Both the position numbers and the translations under genes were made by a program. This document shows positions 50,393-59,820 of a stretch of DNA of 64,000 nt, piece by piece; positions within the stretch are counted from its first letter, which is position 1, and each line of letters begins with the position of its first letter. This DNA comes from an uncultured candidate division Zixibacteria bacterium (lineage in GTDB: Bacteria; Zixibacteria; MSB-5A5; GN15; FEB-12). The DNA is taken from positions 160,001 to 224,000 of the forward strand of contig CAWDXE010000001.1 of NCBI GenBank assembly GCA_963806185.1. Reading direction: 5' to 3'. The notes beneath the pieces are model-generated. The model did no database searches and was not told where the DNA came from. It saw nothing but the letters and a program-made list of their open reading frames with translations.

Positions 50393-51805
50393 ATGAATCT
50401 TGAACCTTTGGCCAAACTTGCTCGCGACCGCAAGGTCGAATTTCTCGATCTGAAATTTGGCGACTTGCTCGGCGTCTGGCATCATATGACAGTGCCGGCC
50501 GCCTCTCTAAAACCAGATCTGTTCAAAACCGGTATCGGTGTCGACGGCTCCTCGCTTCCCGGCTTTTCGTCGATTGAACGGGGTGACATGATTATGTTGC
50601 CCGACCCCTCGACGGCGTTTATCGATCCGTTTTTCGAACGCCCAACGTTGTCGTTTATCGGTGACATCATGGAGGCCGGCAAGGAGACCCGTCCATACTC
50701 CCGCAATCCGCGACGGGTGGCCGCGGACGCAGAGAAGTATCTACAAAAAGTACAGCCGGGTTCCACGTGCATTCTGGGACCGGAATTTGAATTCTACATT
50801 TTCGACAAGGTGAACTACTTCCAGGGGCCGGAGAGCGCCTTCTACTATCTGGATTCCGCCGAAGCGGCCTGGAGCGCCGGCAACGATCAGGAGAATCTTG
50901 GCTACAAGATCCCGTACAAAAAGGGATACCACGCCGCGCCGCCGCTCGATCGCACCTACAATCTTCGCTCGGAGATTACGTCGATGCTTTCCGAGGTCGG
51001 TGTCGGACTGAAATATCATCATCATGAAGTCGGGGGCGGCGGACAGCACGAAATCGAAGTGAGTTTTGCCCCTCTGCTCCAGATGGCCGATCAATCGATG
51101 CTGGTGAAGTATTTTGTGAAGAACCAATGTTTCCGGGTCGGCAAGTCAGCCACGTTCATGCCCAAGCCGTTGTTCAACGAACCGGGCTCCGGGCTGCATG
51201 TGCACCAGTATCTGTCTGACGGCAAGGGATCACTTTTCTTCGAGAAGGACGGCATCGCCTACTTCTCGCAGCTGGGCCTCTGGTATATCGGCGGGTTACT
51301 TAAACATGCCGGCGCCTTGCTGGCCTTCTCCAATCCGTCGACCAATTCGTTCAAGCGACTGATTCCCGGTTTCGAAGCGCCGGTGGCCGGGACATATTCG
51401 GTCGGCAATCGGACAGCCTGCATCCGTATACCGGGGTATCTCAAGGATCCCAAGACCATGCGCCTGGAGTTCCGTCCCGGCGACGGCACCATGAATCCGT
51501 ATCTCGGGTACGCTTCCATGCTGATGGCCGGTCTGGACGGTATCACGAACAAGATTGACCCGGGTCTGCCATTCGACAAAAACCTGGATCATTTGTCACC
51601 TGAAGAGTTGGCCAAGATTCCGCAGCTTCCCACGTCACTCAACAAGGCGCTCAACGCTCTTGAGGAAGACAACGAGTTCCTCCTCGTTGACGGCGTGTTT
51701 ACTCCGGATCTCATTCAGAGCTGGATAAATCTGAAGCGGAAGGAAGTGACGGAAATACGCGTCCGCCCTACGCCGTTCGAATTCGAGATGTATTACGATA
51801 TGTAA
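50393..51805 (+). CDS. glnA: Type I glutamine synthetase
   Basis: DGSSLPGF, GPEFEF, HHHEVG, ATFMPKP, GSGLHVH, RLIPGFEAP and EFEMYY. Confidence 0.96.
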   Translation: MNLEPLAKLARDRKVEFLDLKFGDLLGVWHHMTVPAASLKPDLFKTGIGVDGSSLPGFSSIERGDMIMLPDPSTAFIDPFFERPTLSFIGDIMEAGKETRPYSRNPRRVAADAEKYLQKVQPGSTCILGPEFEFYIFDKVNYFQGPESAFYYLDSAEAAWSAGNDQENLGYKIPYKKGYHAAPPLDRTYNLRSEITSMLSEVGVGLKYHHHEVGGGGQHEIEVSFAPLLQMADQSMLVKYFVKNQCFRVGKSATFMPKPLFNEPGSGLHVHQYLSDGKGSLFFEKDGIAYFSQLGLWYIGGLLKHAGALLAFSNPSTNSFKRLIPGFEAPVAGTYSVGNRTACIRIPGYLKDPKTMRLEFRPGDGTMNPYLGYASMLMAGLDGITNKIDPGLPFDKNLDHLSPEELAKIPQLPTSLNKALNALEEDNEFLLVDGVFTPDLIQSWINLKRKEVTEIRVRPTPFEFEMYYDM

Positions 51806-51809
51806 GCTG

Positions 51810-52562
51810 TCAGACGCGCATGGCGCGGATCAACTCGATCTGCGCCAGCGCCGCCGTTACCGCCGATTCCACTCGCAACACCCACGGCCCCAGGTAAAAC
51901 GGCGTGAAACCGAGCCGCATAAAATGCTCGATTTCAAACGGCACCCATCCCCCTTCGGGGCCTATCGCCAACACGCTATGACCCGGCGCACTATTCCAGA
52001 TATCGGATATGTATGTTGACGACGACACTTCGCACAGCAATCGATTGGCGATGGGCGGAGCAGTTTTCTCGAGCGACGGCCAGGTATCTTCGGCAAACGG
52101 TCGAAACAGCAGGTGAATCGTCACCTTCGGCAGGCGGGTGAATTTCCCCTGACTCAGTCCCTCGAGCATGACGGGGCGCATCTTGTCAGCGGTGAGCATC
52201 GGCGAATCGAGATAGCTTCTCTCCGTCCGATTAGCGCGCACAAGATGCACCGCTCGCACTCCCATGGTGGCTGCAGTCAAGAGCACTTTGCGCACGGTGG
52301 GAGGCCGGGAGATGGCACATATCAGATTAATCTCACAGGGAGGCAGCGGCATGGGGCCACGCGGAGTAAAACGCAGTGTGGCGGTTCGTTCATCGATGGT
52401 GAGTATTTCAGCATCCCCCACGTCCCCGTCGAGCAGGCCCGCCTGGACCACCTCGCCGACCCCGCGCTTCAGCACCGCTCGAATATGTTCCACCCGGTGA
52501 TCGGTGATTTCGTAATGCTCATTGCCGCGCGAGTCGTCGGTCGTCAGAATCAGCAAGTTCAT
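51810..52562 (-). CDS. rsmE: 16S rRNA m3U1498 methyltransferase
   Basis: HIRAVLK, AIGPEGGW and LGPWVLRVESA. Confidence 0.9.
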   Translation of the reverse strand: MNLLILTTDDSRGNEHYEITDHRVEHIRAVLKRGVGEVVQAGLLDGDVGDAEILTIDERTATLRFTPRGPMPLPPCEINLICAISRPPTVRKVLLTAATMGVRAVHLVRANRTERSYLDSPMLTADKMRPVMLEGLSQGKFTRLPKVTIHLLFRPFAEDTWPSLEKTAPPIANRLLCEVSSSTYISDIWNSAPGHSVLAIGPEGGWVPFEIEHFMRLGFTPFYLGPWVLRVESAVTAALAQIELIRAMRV

Positions 52563-52626
52563 GCCGGGCAGGATACGCCAGTTTCATTCGCTTCGCAACG
52601 GGCGATCTGATCGACGAATTCGATAA

Positions 52627-53373
52627 CTATTCCCCCATTCGGAACTCCACCGAGTAGGTCACCCAGACCGGAATCGCAAGACCGTTTTGAATACCGGGCG
52701 AATAGACATTCAGATACGCTGCCGTCACGGCGGCCGAATCCAGTGCTTCGCACCCCGACGACGACACAATGTGCGCCTCCCCTACTTTTCCGCTGGCCAA
52801 CACGAGCGCGCCAATGGTCGCTTTTCCCTCGAGACCAAGCCGTTTGGCCAGTGATGGGTATTCCGGCTTCACTTCGACTACCATCGCCGGTTCCTTCTCA
52901 ACCTTCTGCCAAACGCCATATTCGGGCAGATCATCACCGATCGACGCCCCATGCAGCGGGGTAAGTCCGAAATCGCCGGTATCGCTGGTGCCGGTCCCCG
53001 TGCTGTCGAGGCCCACTCCCCGACCGGTCGCAATGACTCGGTCGTCAACGACCATCGTATCAGGGACGGGTGTGGGAATGCCGACGCGCTCATCCCGGGG
53101 CAGGGCCGGTCTGGCGCCCACACCATCGGAAACTACGTTTACTACCTGAAGTGGATCGATGACGACGCGCACTGAGTCAATGTCGTCCGGGAGAACCCTC
53201 GGTGGAATTATGACAATATCCGGGTTCCCCGCGAGTATCGAGACACTCACATAAGTCGCCGCAATGGCCAAGATCACGAGTATATTGGCGATCAGCATAT
53301 TGCGCTGATAGGTCATCTTCAGCTCGATCGCCCCGTACGGTCGATAGCGGAAATCATCCCTGCTGGGAATCAT
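52627..53373 (-). CDS. TonB-family energy transducer
   Basis: YGAIELK, a TM helix, PEYPSLAKRLGLEG, LDSAAV and WVTYSVEF. Confidence 0.85.
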   Translation of the reverse strand: MIPSRDDFRYRPYGAIELKMTYQRNMLIANILVILAIAATYVSVSILAGNPDIVIIPPRVLPDDIDSVRVVIDPLQVVNVVSDGVGARPALPRDERVGIPTPVPDTMVVDDRVIATGRGVGLDSTGTGTSDTGDFGLTPLHGASIGDDLPEYGVWQKVEKEPAMVVEVKPEYPSLAKRLGLEGKATIGALVLASGKVGEAHIVSSSGCEALDSAAVTAAYLNVYSPGIQNGLAIPVWVTYSVEFRMGE

Positions 53374-53517
53374 ACTCCACCCCTTGCGGCTCAGCCGCGT
53401 GTTTAAATCCCTGACCGGTCCGTGGTGACGGGCCGATTCACCAATGGCAATGAAGGATGAGGTGAGGACTCTACTAAATCTACATTAATGACGGCGGTCT
53501 CTTCCCGTCCGTCCAAA

Positions 53518-53548
53518 GAAAAGGCGGCGGAGACTCATCGTCGCCGCC
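53518..53548 (-). terminator. Candidate terminator after the large beta-helix gene
   Basis: GGCGGCG...CGCCGCC stem with TTTT on the minus strand. Confidence 0.55.
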
Positions 53549-53578
53549 ACCTGGTTAGTCAAGGTGCTGCTGTGCGGG

Positions 53579-56500
53579 CTACTTGATCATGAGCATCTTG
53601 TTGGTTCGCTCATCACCGCCCGCTGTCAGGCGATAGAAATAGACGCCCGTCGCGACACTCTCGCCCCGGTCATCGCGGCCGTTCCATTCAATCCGGTGGC
53701 TGCCGGCGGAAAGATCACCGTCCACCAATTGGCGGACTTCTTGTCCGAGCATGTTGTACACGACCAGCGAGGTACGTGCCGGCGCGGGCAGGCTGAACTT
53801 GATCACCGTGCTCGGATTGCACGGATTGGGGTAGTTCTGATCAAGCGCAAACTTCAGCCCGCCATCGGGCTTTGAAACGACGGTCGGAGCAGCCGACAAC
53901 GCCCCCATGTCGGCGCGTGAGCCGTCGGGATCATTGTAGATGCTGTTCGGATCTCCGGCGTCGATACAGGGCGAACCCGACTGCAACAGAAAATCAGGAA
54001 TGGAGTAAACCGCCCCCGGCTCGATCACCGAGGCCAACATCGGGTCGGCCGATATCTCACCGATTCCGGGCTCCAGCAGGACGTAATCCTTCCCGTTGTT
54101 GTTCCAGACGTCGTTATACTCGTGCACAAGATTGACCGGCGCGCCGCAGTAGTCGTTGCGAATCAGTCCGCCGGCGAGGTTGTTCATGATGATGTTATTG
54201 CGCACGTCGACATTCTGGCTGTACACGATGGTCACGCCGCCGTCGTTGGTAACGATTGTGTTGTTGAGGATACGGCAATTGTCGGCTCGAATCGTCACGG
54301 CCCCCCACCCTTCAGTGTGGGGTGGGTCGACGTGATTGTCGTAAATCAGATTTCGCTCGATGATGGCACCTTCGCCCTCGATCGCGCAGATACCGCCGGC
54401 GTTGCCGCCGACATTTCCGTAAATCTGATTGCCGACGAAGCGCGGCGCATATCCGTACCCCAGTCGAATAAAGATACCGCCACCGGAAATGGGCGTGCGA
54501 TTGAAGCGGATGATGTTGTTCTCAACCAAAGGCTCACAGAACTGGAACCAGAGGCCGCCGCCATCATACGATCCGACGCAATGCTCGATGATGCAGTTGC
54601 GAACTGTCGGATCGGACTCCGTGCAGTGAATGCCCTCGTTATTGTCCTGCCCGTCCAGCGTGAAGCCTTCAATGAGAGTGGATTTGTCGCTGCCGGCGAC
54701 CAGGACGATGAGTGCGCCGGGCTTGCAGTCCCTGGGCATTTCTGCCGGCGTTGTCGCCTGATGGTCGTCAAACTCACCGGACTGCCCTGGCTTCTTCAAT
54801 GCCGCCGGCGGGATAATTCGTGTCGCTTCAGGGCCATCAGTGGATTTCAGGACCAGCGACTTACTCATGAACTGGAGTTGTTCGGCGTATTCACCCGGAC
54901 CGACCAGGATGGTATCCTGACAGCCGGCCGCGTCGATAGCCGCCTGGATAGTTGCGAATTCGGCCGGCACCCGGATGGTGCGAGAATCGTTCGGTACGGC
55001 CGGATCATACGGGATGGCGCCGATATCGTTTCGGGAACCATCGGGATCGTTATACACCGGATCCGGATCGCCGGCGTCGATGCAAGGAGATTCAGGTAAC
55101 AGCGTGGAACCGCAGCGGTTGAACAACGGATCCACCGACAGGTCGGTCACTCCGGGTGGGATATTGAGGTAGTCACTCCCGTTATACCAGACGTCATTGT
55201 ACGCCAGCGTCGCCGTTGACGGTCCGACGTAATCATTCGCGATGATGCCGCCGTTGGTGTTGAACACAATGAGGTTGTTTCTCACCTCGGCGTCGCTCGC
55301 GGCCGCCAGCGTGATACCAGCGCGATGGCCGGTGATCGTGTTGTTAATGACAGAACAGTCATCGGCGCGAATGAACACCGCCCCTTCCGCTTCTGTAACC
55401 AAAGAACCAATGCTATTGCGGTAAAACAGGTTTCGCTCAATGCGGGCGCCGCGCCCTTCGATGGCACAGATACCGCCGCTGTTGCCCGCCGAGTTACTGT
55501 AAATTGTGTTACCGATGAATTTGGCCGTGCCGCCGCCTTCACCCAGCCGGATGAAGATGCCGCCGCCGGAAACTCCCGTTTCGTTGTACCGAATGATATT
55601 GTTTTCAACCAGCGGGCGACATTCCTGCAGCCAAAAGCCACCGCCGTCCCAATTGGCGTGACCGTTTTCAACGATGCAATTGCGGATCACCGGATCTGAC
55701 TGTATGCATGAAACACCATTGGTTCTCGTCATACCGTCAATGGTGAAGCCGTCTATCAGAGTCGCCTGAGTGCTTCCGGGAAAGAAATGGATCACGCCGC
55801 CGTCATAGATCGGATACGCTTCTGAAGGGAAGCTCAGAACAGTTTGCTTCGCCCCCTCAGTCGACTTCAGGACGAGACTCTTGCCGTCGAACTCAAGGCA
55901 CTCCTCATAATCCCCCGGCCCGACCAGGATGGTATCGAAGTCCACGGCCTGCGCCAGCGCCTGGCTGATGGTCGCGAATTGCCCCGGCACATAGAAGGTC
56001 GCGGGCTGGCGCGGCTCCACCGGGAAATAGGTCAGGGCGCCGATATCGTTGCGGGACTCGTCGGGATCATTGTAAACAGGATCGGGGTCGCCGGAGTTGA
56101 TACAAGGCGATTCGGCGGACAGATAGACCGTGCCGGACACAAAGCCCGGGATCTTCCAGACATCGGTGGCGCCGGGTGCAATGTTTTCGTAGTTGGTCGT
56201 GCCGTTCAACCAAACCAGGTTATACCCGAGCGTGACCGTGCTCGGACCGGCGTAATTGTTGACCCAAATGCCCCGAGTATTCCACGCGACGATATTGTTC
56301 AAGATGAGCGCGTTATCACTCGCAATAACCGTTATTCCGGCATAGTTTCTGACGATGGTATTGTTAATCAGGGAGCAGTCGGCGGCACGAATACTCACCG
56401 CACCCACACCCTCAGTATAGGTTGGCGACACGGTGTTGTTCTTGATGATGTTCCTGGCAATGTACGCACCGCGGCCTTCGATGGCACAAATACCGCCGGC

Positions 56501-57088
56501 ATTTCCCGCCACGTTGCCGTAAATGGTGTTGCCGACTATTTTCGCTGCGCCTTCGGTGGTGTCCAGACGGATAAAAATCCCTCCGCCGGAGACCCACGTC
56601 CGATTGTGTCGAATGATATTGTTTTCGATTGTCGGACGGCAGTGCTGCAACCAGAAGCCGCCACCGTCGTAGGAGCCCAGACCGTTCTGCACGATACAAT
56701 TCCTGATCTGCGGATCTGATTCCGTACAAGAAACACCGTTGCACCGGCTCATGGCGTCAATGGTGAAACCTTCGACGATTGTGGTCGCATCGCTGCCAGG
56801 CTCGAAGTAGATCACGCCGTCATTTTCGTCGACCAATCGTCCGGTCGGATACTGGATAATCGTCGCCTCCGGACCATCAGTCGATTTTAGCACCAGGCTC
56901 TTCCCTCCGAAATGAACCACCTCGGCATAGGTCCCGGGTCTGACCAGAACAGTGTCGCCTCCTGCGGATGCTACAACGCCTTCCTGGATGGTGCTGAAGT
57001 CATCCGGAACCACAAGTGTTGCCCCCCATGCCGACGTGGCCAGGCATACTACAGCCAGGGCAACGATCAGTTGATGCTGTGCGCGCAT
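53579..57088 (-). CDS. Secreted protein with three tandem right-handed beta-helix modules and a FlgD-Ig/T9SS-type C-terminal domain
   Basis: Each module begins VP..F.TI and ends SPCI..GDP..YNDPD.SR.D.GA. C-terminus LDQNYPNPCNPST...NKMLMIK. Confidence 0.9.
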   Translation of the reverse strand: MRAQHQLIVALAVVCLATSAWGATLVVPDDFSTIQEGVVASAGGDTVLVRPGTYAEVVHFGGKSLVLKSTDGPEATIIQYPTGRLVDENDGVIYFEPGSDATTIVEGFTIDAMSRCNGVSCTESDPQIRNCIVQNGLGSYDGGGFWLQHCRPTIENNIIRHNRTWVSGGGIFIRLDTTEGAAKIVGNTIYGNVAGNAGGICAIEGRGAYIARNIIKNNTVSPTYTEGVGAVSIRAADCSLINNTIVRNYAGITVIASDNALILNNIVAWNTRGIWVNNYAGPSTVTLGYNLVWLNGTTNYENIAPGATDVWKIPGFVSGTVYLSAESPCINSGDPDPVYNDPDESRNDIGALTYFPVEPRQPATFYVPGQFATISQALAQAVDFDTILVGPGDYEECLEFDGKSLVLKSTEGAKQTVLSFPSEAYPIYDGGVIHFFPGSTQATLIDGFTIDGMTRTNGVSCIQSDPVIRNCIVENGHANWDGGGFWLQECRPLVENNIIRYNETGVSGGGIFIRLGEGGGTAKFIGNTIYSNSAGNSGGICAIEGRGARIERNLFYRNSIGSLVTEAEGAVFIRADDCSVINNTITGHRAGITLAAASDAEVRNNLIVFNTNGGIIANDYVGPSTATLAYNDVWYNGSDYLNIPPGVTDLSVDPLFNRCGSTLLPESPCIDAGDPDPVYNDPDGSRNDIGAIPYDPAVPNDSRTIRVPAEFATIQAAIDAAGCQDTILVGPGEYAEQLQFMSKSLVLKSTDGPEATRIIPPAALKKPGQSGEFDDHQATTPAEMPRDCKPGALIVLVAGSDKSTLIEGFTLDGQDNNEGIHCTESDPTVRNCIIEHCVGSYDGGGLWFQFCEPLVENNIIRFNRTPISGGGIFIRLGYGYAPRFVGNQIYGNVGGNAGGICAIEGEGAIIERNLIYDNHVDPPHTEGWGAVTIRADNCRILNNTIVTNDGGVTIVYSQNVDVRNNIIMNNLAGGLIRNDYCGAPVNLVHEYNDVWNNNGKDYVLLEPGIGEISADPMLASVIEPGAVYSIPDFLLQSGSPCIDAGDPNSIYNDPDGSRADMGALSAAPTVVSKPDGGLKFALDQNYPNPCNPSTVIKFSLPAPARTSLVVYNMLGQEVRQLVDGDLSAGSHRIEWNGRDDRGESVATGVYFYRLTAGGDERTNKMLMIK

Positions 57089-57258
57089 AGTTTCCTCCCG
57101 TGGGATATTCCCATACCCACGTTCCGATTACTTTGGTACTTATGTGTTCGCGAGCGGAGGCTCGCCTGCTGTTCCGTGCAGACTTGCGGATCGCAGATTA
57201 ACTAGATTATGGATACTGAATGTCGATCTACTTGTCAATGCAAAAGTAGGGCGGACAC

Positions 57259-57287
57259 AAAAAAGCCGCGCCATTTACTGACGCGGC
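57259..57287 (-). terminator. Intrinsic terminator after pstS
   Basis: GCCGCG..CGCGGC stem followed by T6 on the minus strand. Confidence 0.7.
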
Positions 57288-57309
57288 CAGCATAGGAAAC
57301 GAAAATGGT

Positions 57310-58149
57310 TCACTTTACCGGGAAGTAACCGACCTCGGTGACAATTTTCTGCCCCTCGTCGGAGAGCACGAAGTCAACCAACGATTTCATGTCCCCTTTC
57401 GGCTTATTGCGTACATACCAGAAAAGGAAGCGCGACAGCGGATAGTCGCCCGACCGGACAGTTTCCAGCGTCGGTTCGAACCCGGGCGTGGCGGCATCTT
57501 TCTTCAGCTTGGCATACTTCACACCCTTGGCGTAGGCGGCCCCGCCATAACCGATGCCGTGCTTGTCTTTGGCGACAGCGTTGACGATGGCTGCCGTACC
57601 CGGCAGTGTCTGAACCTGAGCGGCAAAGTCCTCTCCTTTAAGGACGACGTCCTTGAAGTAGCCGTAGGTGCCGGAACTGTTCTCGCGTCCGTAGACGATG
57701 ATGCGGGCGTCGGGTCCGCCGACATCCTTCCAGTTCGTAAGTTCACCGGTATAGATCAGTTTGAGTTGATCAATCGTCAATTCGTGAACCGGATTTTCGT
57801 CGTTGAGATAGACCGCCAGACCATCGCGGGCGACCGGAATCTCGACGCCGGGCGTATTGAAGCGCTGCTTCAATTTGTCGATCTCACTCGCCTTGATCGG
57901 GCGAGAGGCTTCGCAAATGTCGGTCGTACCGTTGATCAGGGCGGCCAGACCCACACCCGACCCGCCGCCGGTGACCTGAATCACTGCGCCCGGGTGAGCT
58001 TTCATGAAGGCTTCGGCCCAGCGCTGTCCGAGCGGAAGCAGGGTGTCTGAACCCTTTACCGTGATTCCCTGTCCGGCAAAGAGGCCGCCGGCGATGCCGA
58101 GGCAGGACGCCACGACGGCCATGGTGATGATGTTCTTTAGTGCTTTCAT
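57310..58149 (-). CDS. pstS: Phosphate ABC transporter substrate-binding protein
   Basis: VKGSDT, GGGSGVG, ASRPIK, RENSSGT and YPLSR. Confidence 0.94.
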   Translation of the reverse strand: MKALKNIITMAVVASCLGIAGGLFAGQGITVKGSDTLLPLGQRWAEAFMKAHPGAVIQVTGGGSGVGLAALINGTTDICEASRPIKASEIDKLKQRFNTPGVEIPVARDGLAVYLNDENPVHELTIDQLKLIYTGELTNWKDVGGPDARIIVYGRENSSGTYGYFKDVVLKGEDFAAQVQTLPGTAAIVNAVAKDKHGIGYGGAAYAKGVKYAKLKKDAATPGFEPTLETVRSGDYPLSRFLFWYVRNKPKGDMKSLVDFVLSDEGQKIVTEVGYFPVK

Positions 58150-58170
58150 ACTTCTCCTCATAGTCACGTG

Positions 58171-59475
58171 TTAAAACACGAACTGGAATTGCAGGGTGAA
58201 GCGGTTATCCTTCACGTCCTTGTCCGATTTCGTGAAGATGCTGTTCCCGTCGAGCAGGTGGGCGACGTCGTACGCCGCAGTGACGCGCACATGAGCGTCC
58301 CAGAAGTAGTTGGCGGCCAGCGACAGTGTACCCGTAGCGTCATTCTGTTTGCTGCTCGCGGAGTTTGGGTCCCAGTAATCATAACGAACGGCGCCGCCGA
58401 GTTTGGTGCCGAGTGACTGCGACAGCCAAACATACCAGCCGCGCCCTTTGGCCAGCGAGTCGGCAGCCTTGGCATCGTAGTCTTTGGAGAGATACATTTC
58501 ACCACGGATAGCCGAGCCGCCGAACGGCAGAACATCGAGATACACCTGCGCGTCAGCCCCATACCGGATCTTGTCCTTCTCGACACCGGGGATGGCGGCT
58601 TTGGCCGGTGTAGGCTGGGTCGTGGTGACTTCGCCGGCGTCAATCGCGTTATTGCCATTGGCATCAAACCAGGTCGAACTGCCCGGTTTGGCGGCGACAG
58701 CGGCCACACCGGCAGTGTTGGTCTTGCCCCAGTAGCCCGAGGCACCCAGATCAATCATCCCCAACTTCACCTTGGCGCGGGCGATGACGTCTTTGGCTTT
58801 GCTCGGATCGTACCAGGTGGGCGCCTTGCCTTCGGCTCCTTCGATCCCCCATCCCTGGAAGATACCCAGATTCAGTTGGAGCGTTTTGGAGCCACGCTCG
58901 TTGAGCGGTCCGGTGTAGGTGACGTTCATGCCGCGATCGCGTTCACCTTTGAAGAGTTTGTTCTCGGCCAGACTGCGTTCGGGGAAGTCGCGCTGTGACG
59001 AACTGTATTCGATTTCGTAGCCAAAGGGCCAGTTGAATTGCCCGGCCGTAAGCACAAACTGATGCAGGCCGATCGGTTTGATCAAGTCGACATAGGCTTC
59101 TTTCAGTGAAATCGACTGCTTGGAGGCATCGACGTAGAAGACGTAGCGGCTCGTCTGGCCGGGTTGTACGGCGAATTTCAGCCGACCGCGCCGGATGTAG
59201 ATATTGTTCGCATTGCGATTGTCGGCGTAGCTGCCGGTGAGCAGGCCGCTCTTGGACGTGTCGTTGAACTCGTAGCGGGCCTGAAGATATCCGGAAACCT
59301 TCACCCACCTGAGAATGCCGACGTCGCTGTTGAGCGTGGCCAGGTTCTCTTCAATGCCGGCCAGCTTATCACTGACCGCGCCGGCCGATTGGTCGGAACT
59401 GTCTTTGGAATCCGCTTGAGCGTGGACGGATGCGGTTAGCGCCAGGCATAACCAGATCCATTTGCTGATGCGCAT
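58171..59475 (-). CDS. Phosphate-selective (OprO/P-like) porin
   Basis: VSGYLQARY, IRRGRL, LKEAYVD, GQFNWPFG, RDRG and C-terminal QFVF. Lies directly upstream of pstS. Confidence 0.82.
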   Translation of the reverse strand: MRISKWIWLCLALTASVHAQADSKDSSDQSAGAVSDKLAGIEENLATLNSDVGILRWVKVSGYLQARYEFNDTSKSGLLTGSYADNRNANNIYIRRGRLKFAVQPGQTSRYVFYVDASKQSISLKEAYVDLIKPIGLHQFVLTAGQFNWPFGYEIEYSSSQRDFPERSLAENKLFKGERDRGMNVTYTGPLNERGSKTLQLNLGIFQGWGIEGAEGKAPTWYDPSKAKDVIARAKVKLGMIDLGASGYWGKTNTAGVAAVAAKPGSSTWFDANGNNAIDAGEVTTTQPTPAKAAIPGVEKDKIRYGADAQVYLDVLPFGGSAIRGEMYLSKDYDAKAADSLAKGRGWYVWLSQSLGTKLGGAVRYDYWDPNSASSKQNDATGTLSLAANYFWDAHVRVTAAYDVAHLLDGNSIFTKSDKDVKDNRFTLQFQFVF

Positions 59476-59589
59476 GTTTCCCTCCAACATATGTCGTTTC
59501 CATCCTGTTGTCGCGTTGGCGTCGTCATCCCCAAGTTCACGTGTTGAGGCGGCGATCGCGTTGTCCTGCGCCCAATTAAACCGGCTGAT

Positions 59590-59630
59590 TATTAGGATAA
59601 AGTTAGGCCGACATTAGAAATTCTGACAAA
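59590..59630 (-). promoter_or_regulatory. Candidate Pho box
   Basis: Three YCTAAY direct repeats at an exact 11-bp period (plus-strand TTAG at 59592, 59603, 59614), upstream of porin-pstS. Confidence 0.6.
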
Positions 59631-59820
59631 GAGCTCCACGCGCCACTGTCATTCCTGGAGTGGAAGTACTTTTGTTGCACAGATATAACCAGAGCTGGCG
59701 ATTCAACACTGACAGAATCTTAGTACGGAGGGCTGGGGCGACGATACCAAGGAGGAGGCCTTCGGCTATCCTTGATGGGTTAGAACCGCCGTGCCCTGGG
59801 CATGGCGACAGAGCATATAC

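Noticed and set aside
57089..57210. Riboswitch upstream of the triple beta-helix gene
   Set aside because: Three short hairpins are present, but I recognise no riboswitch consensus.
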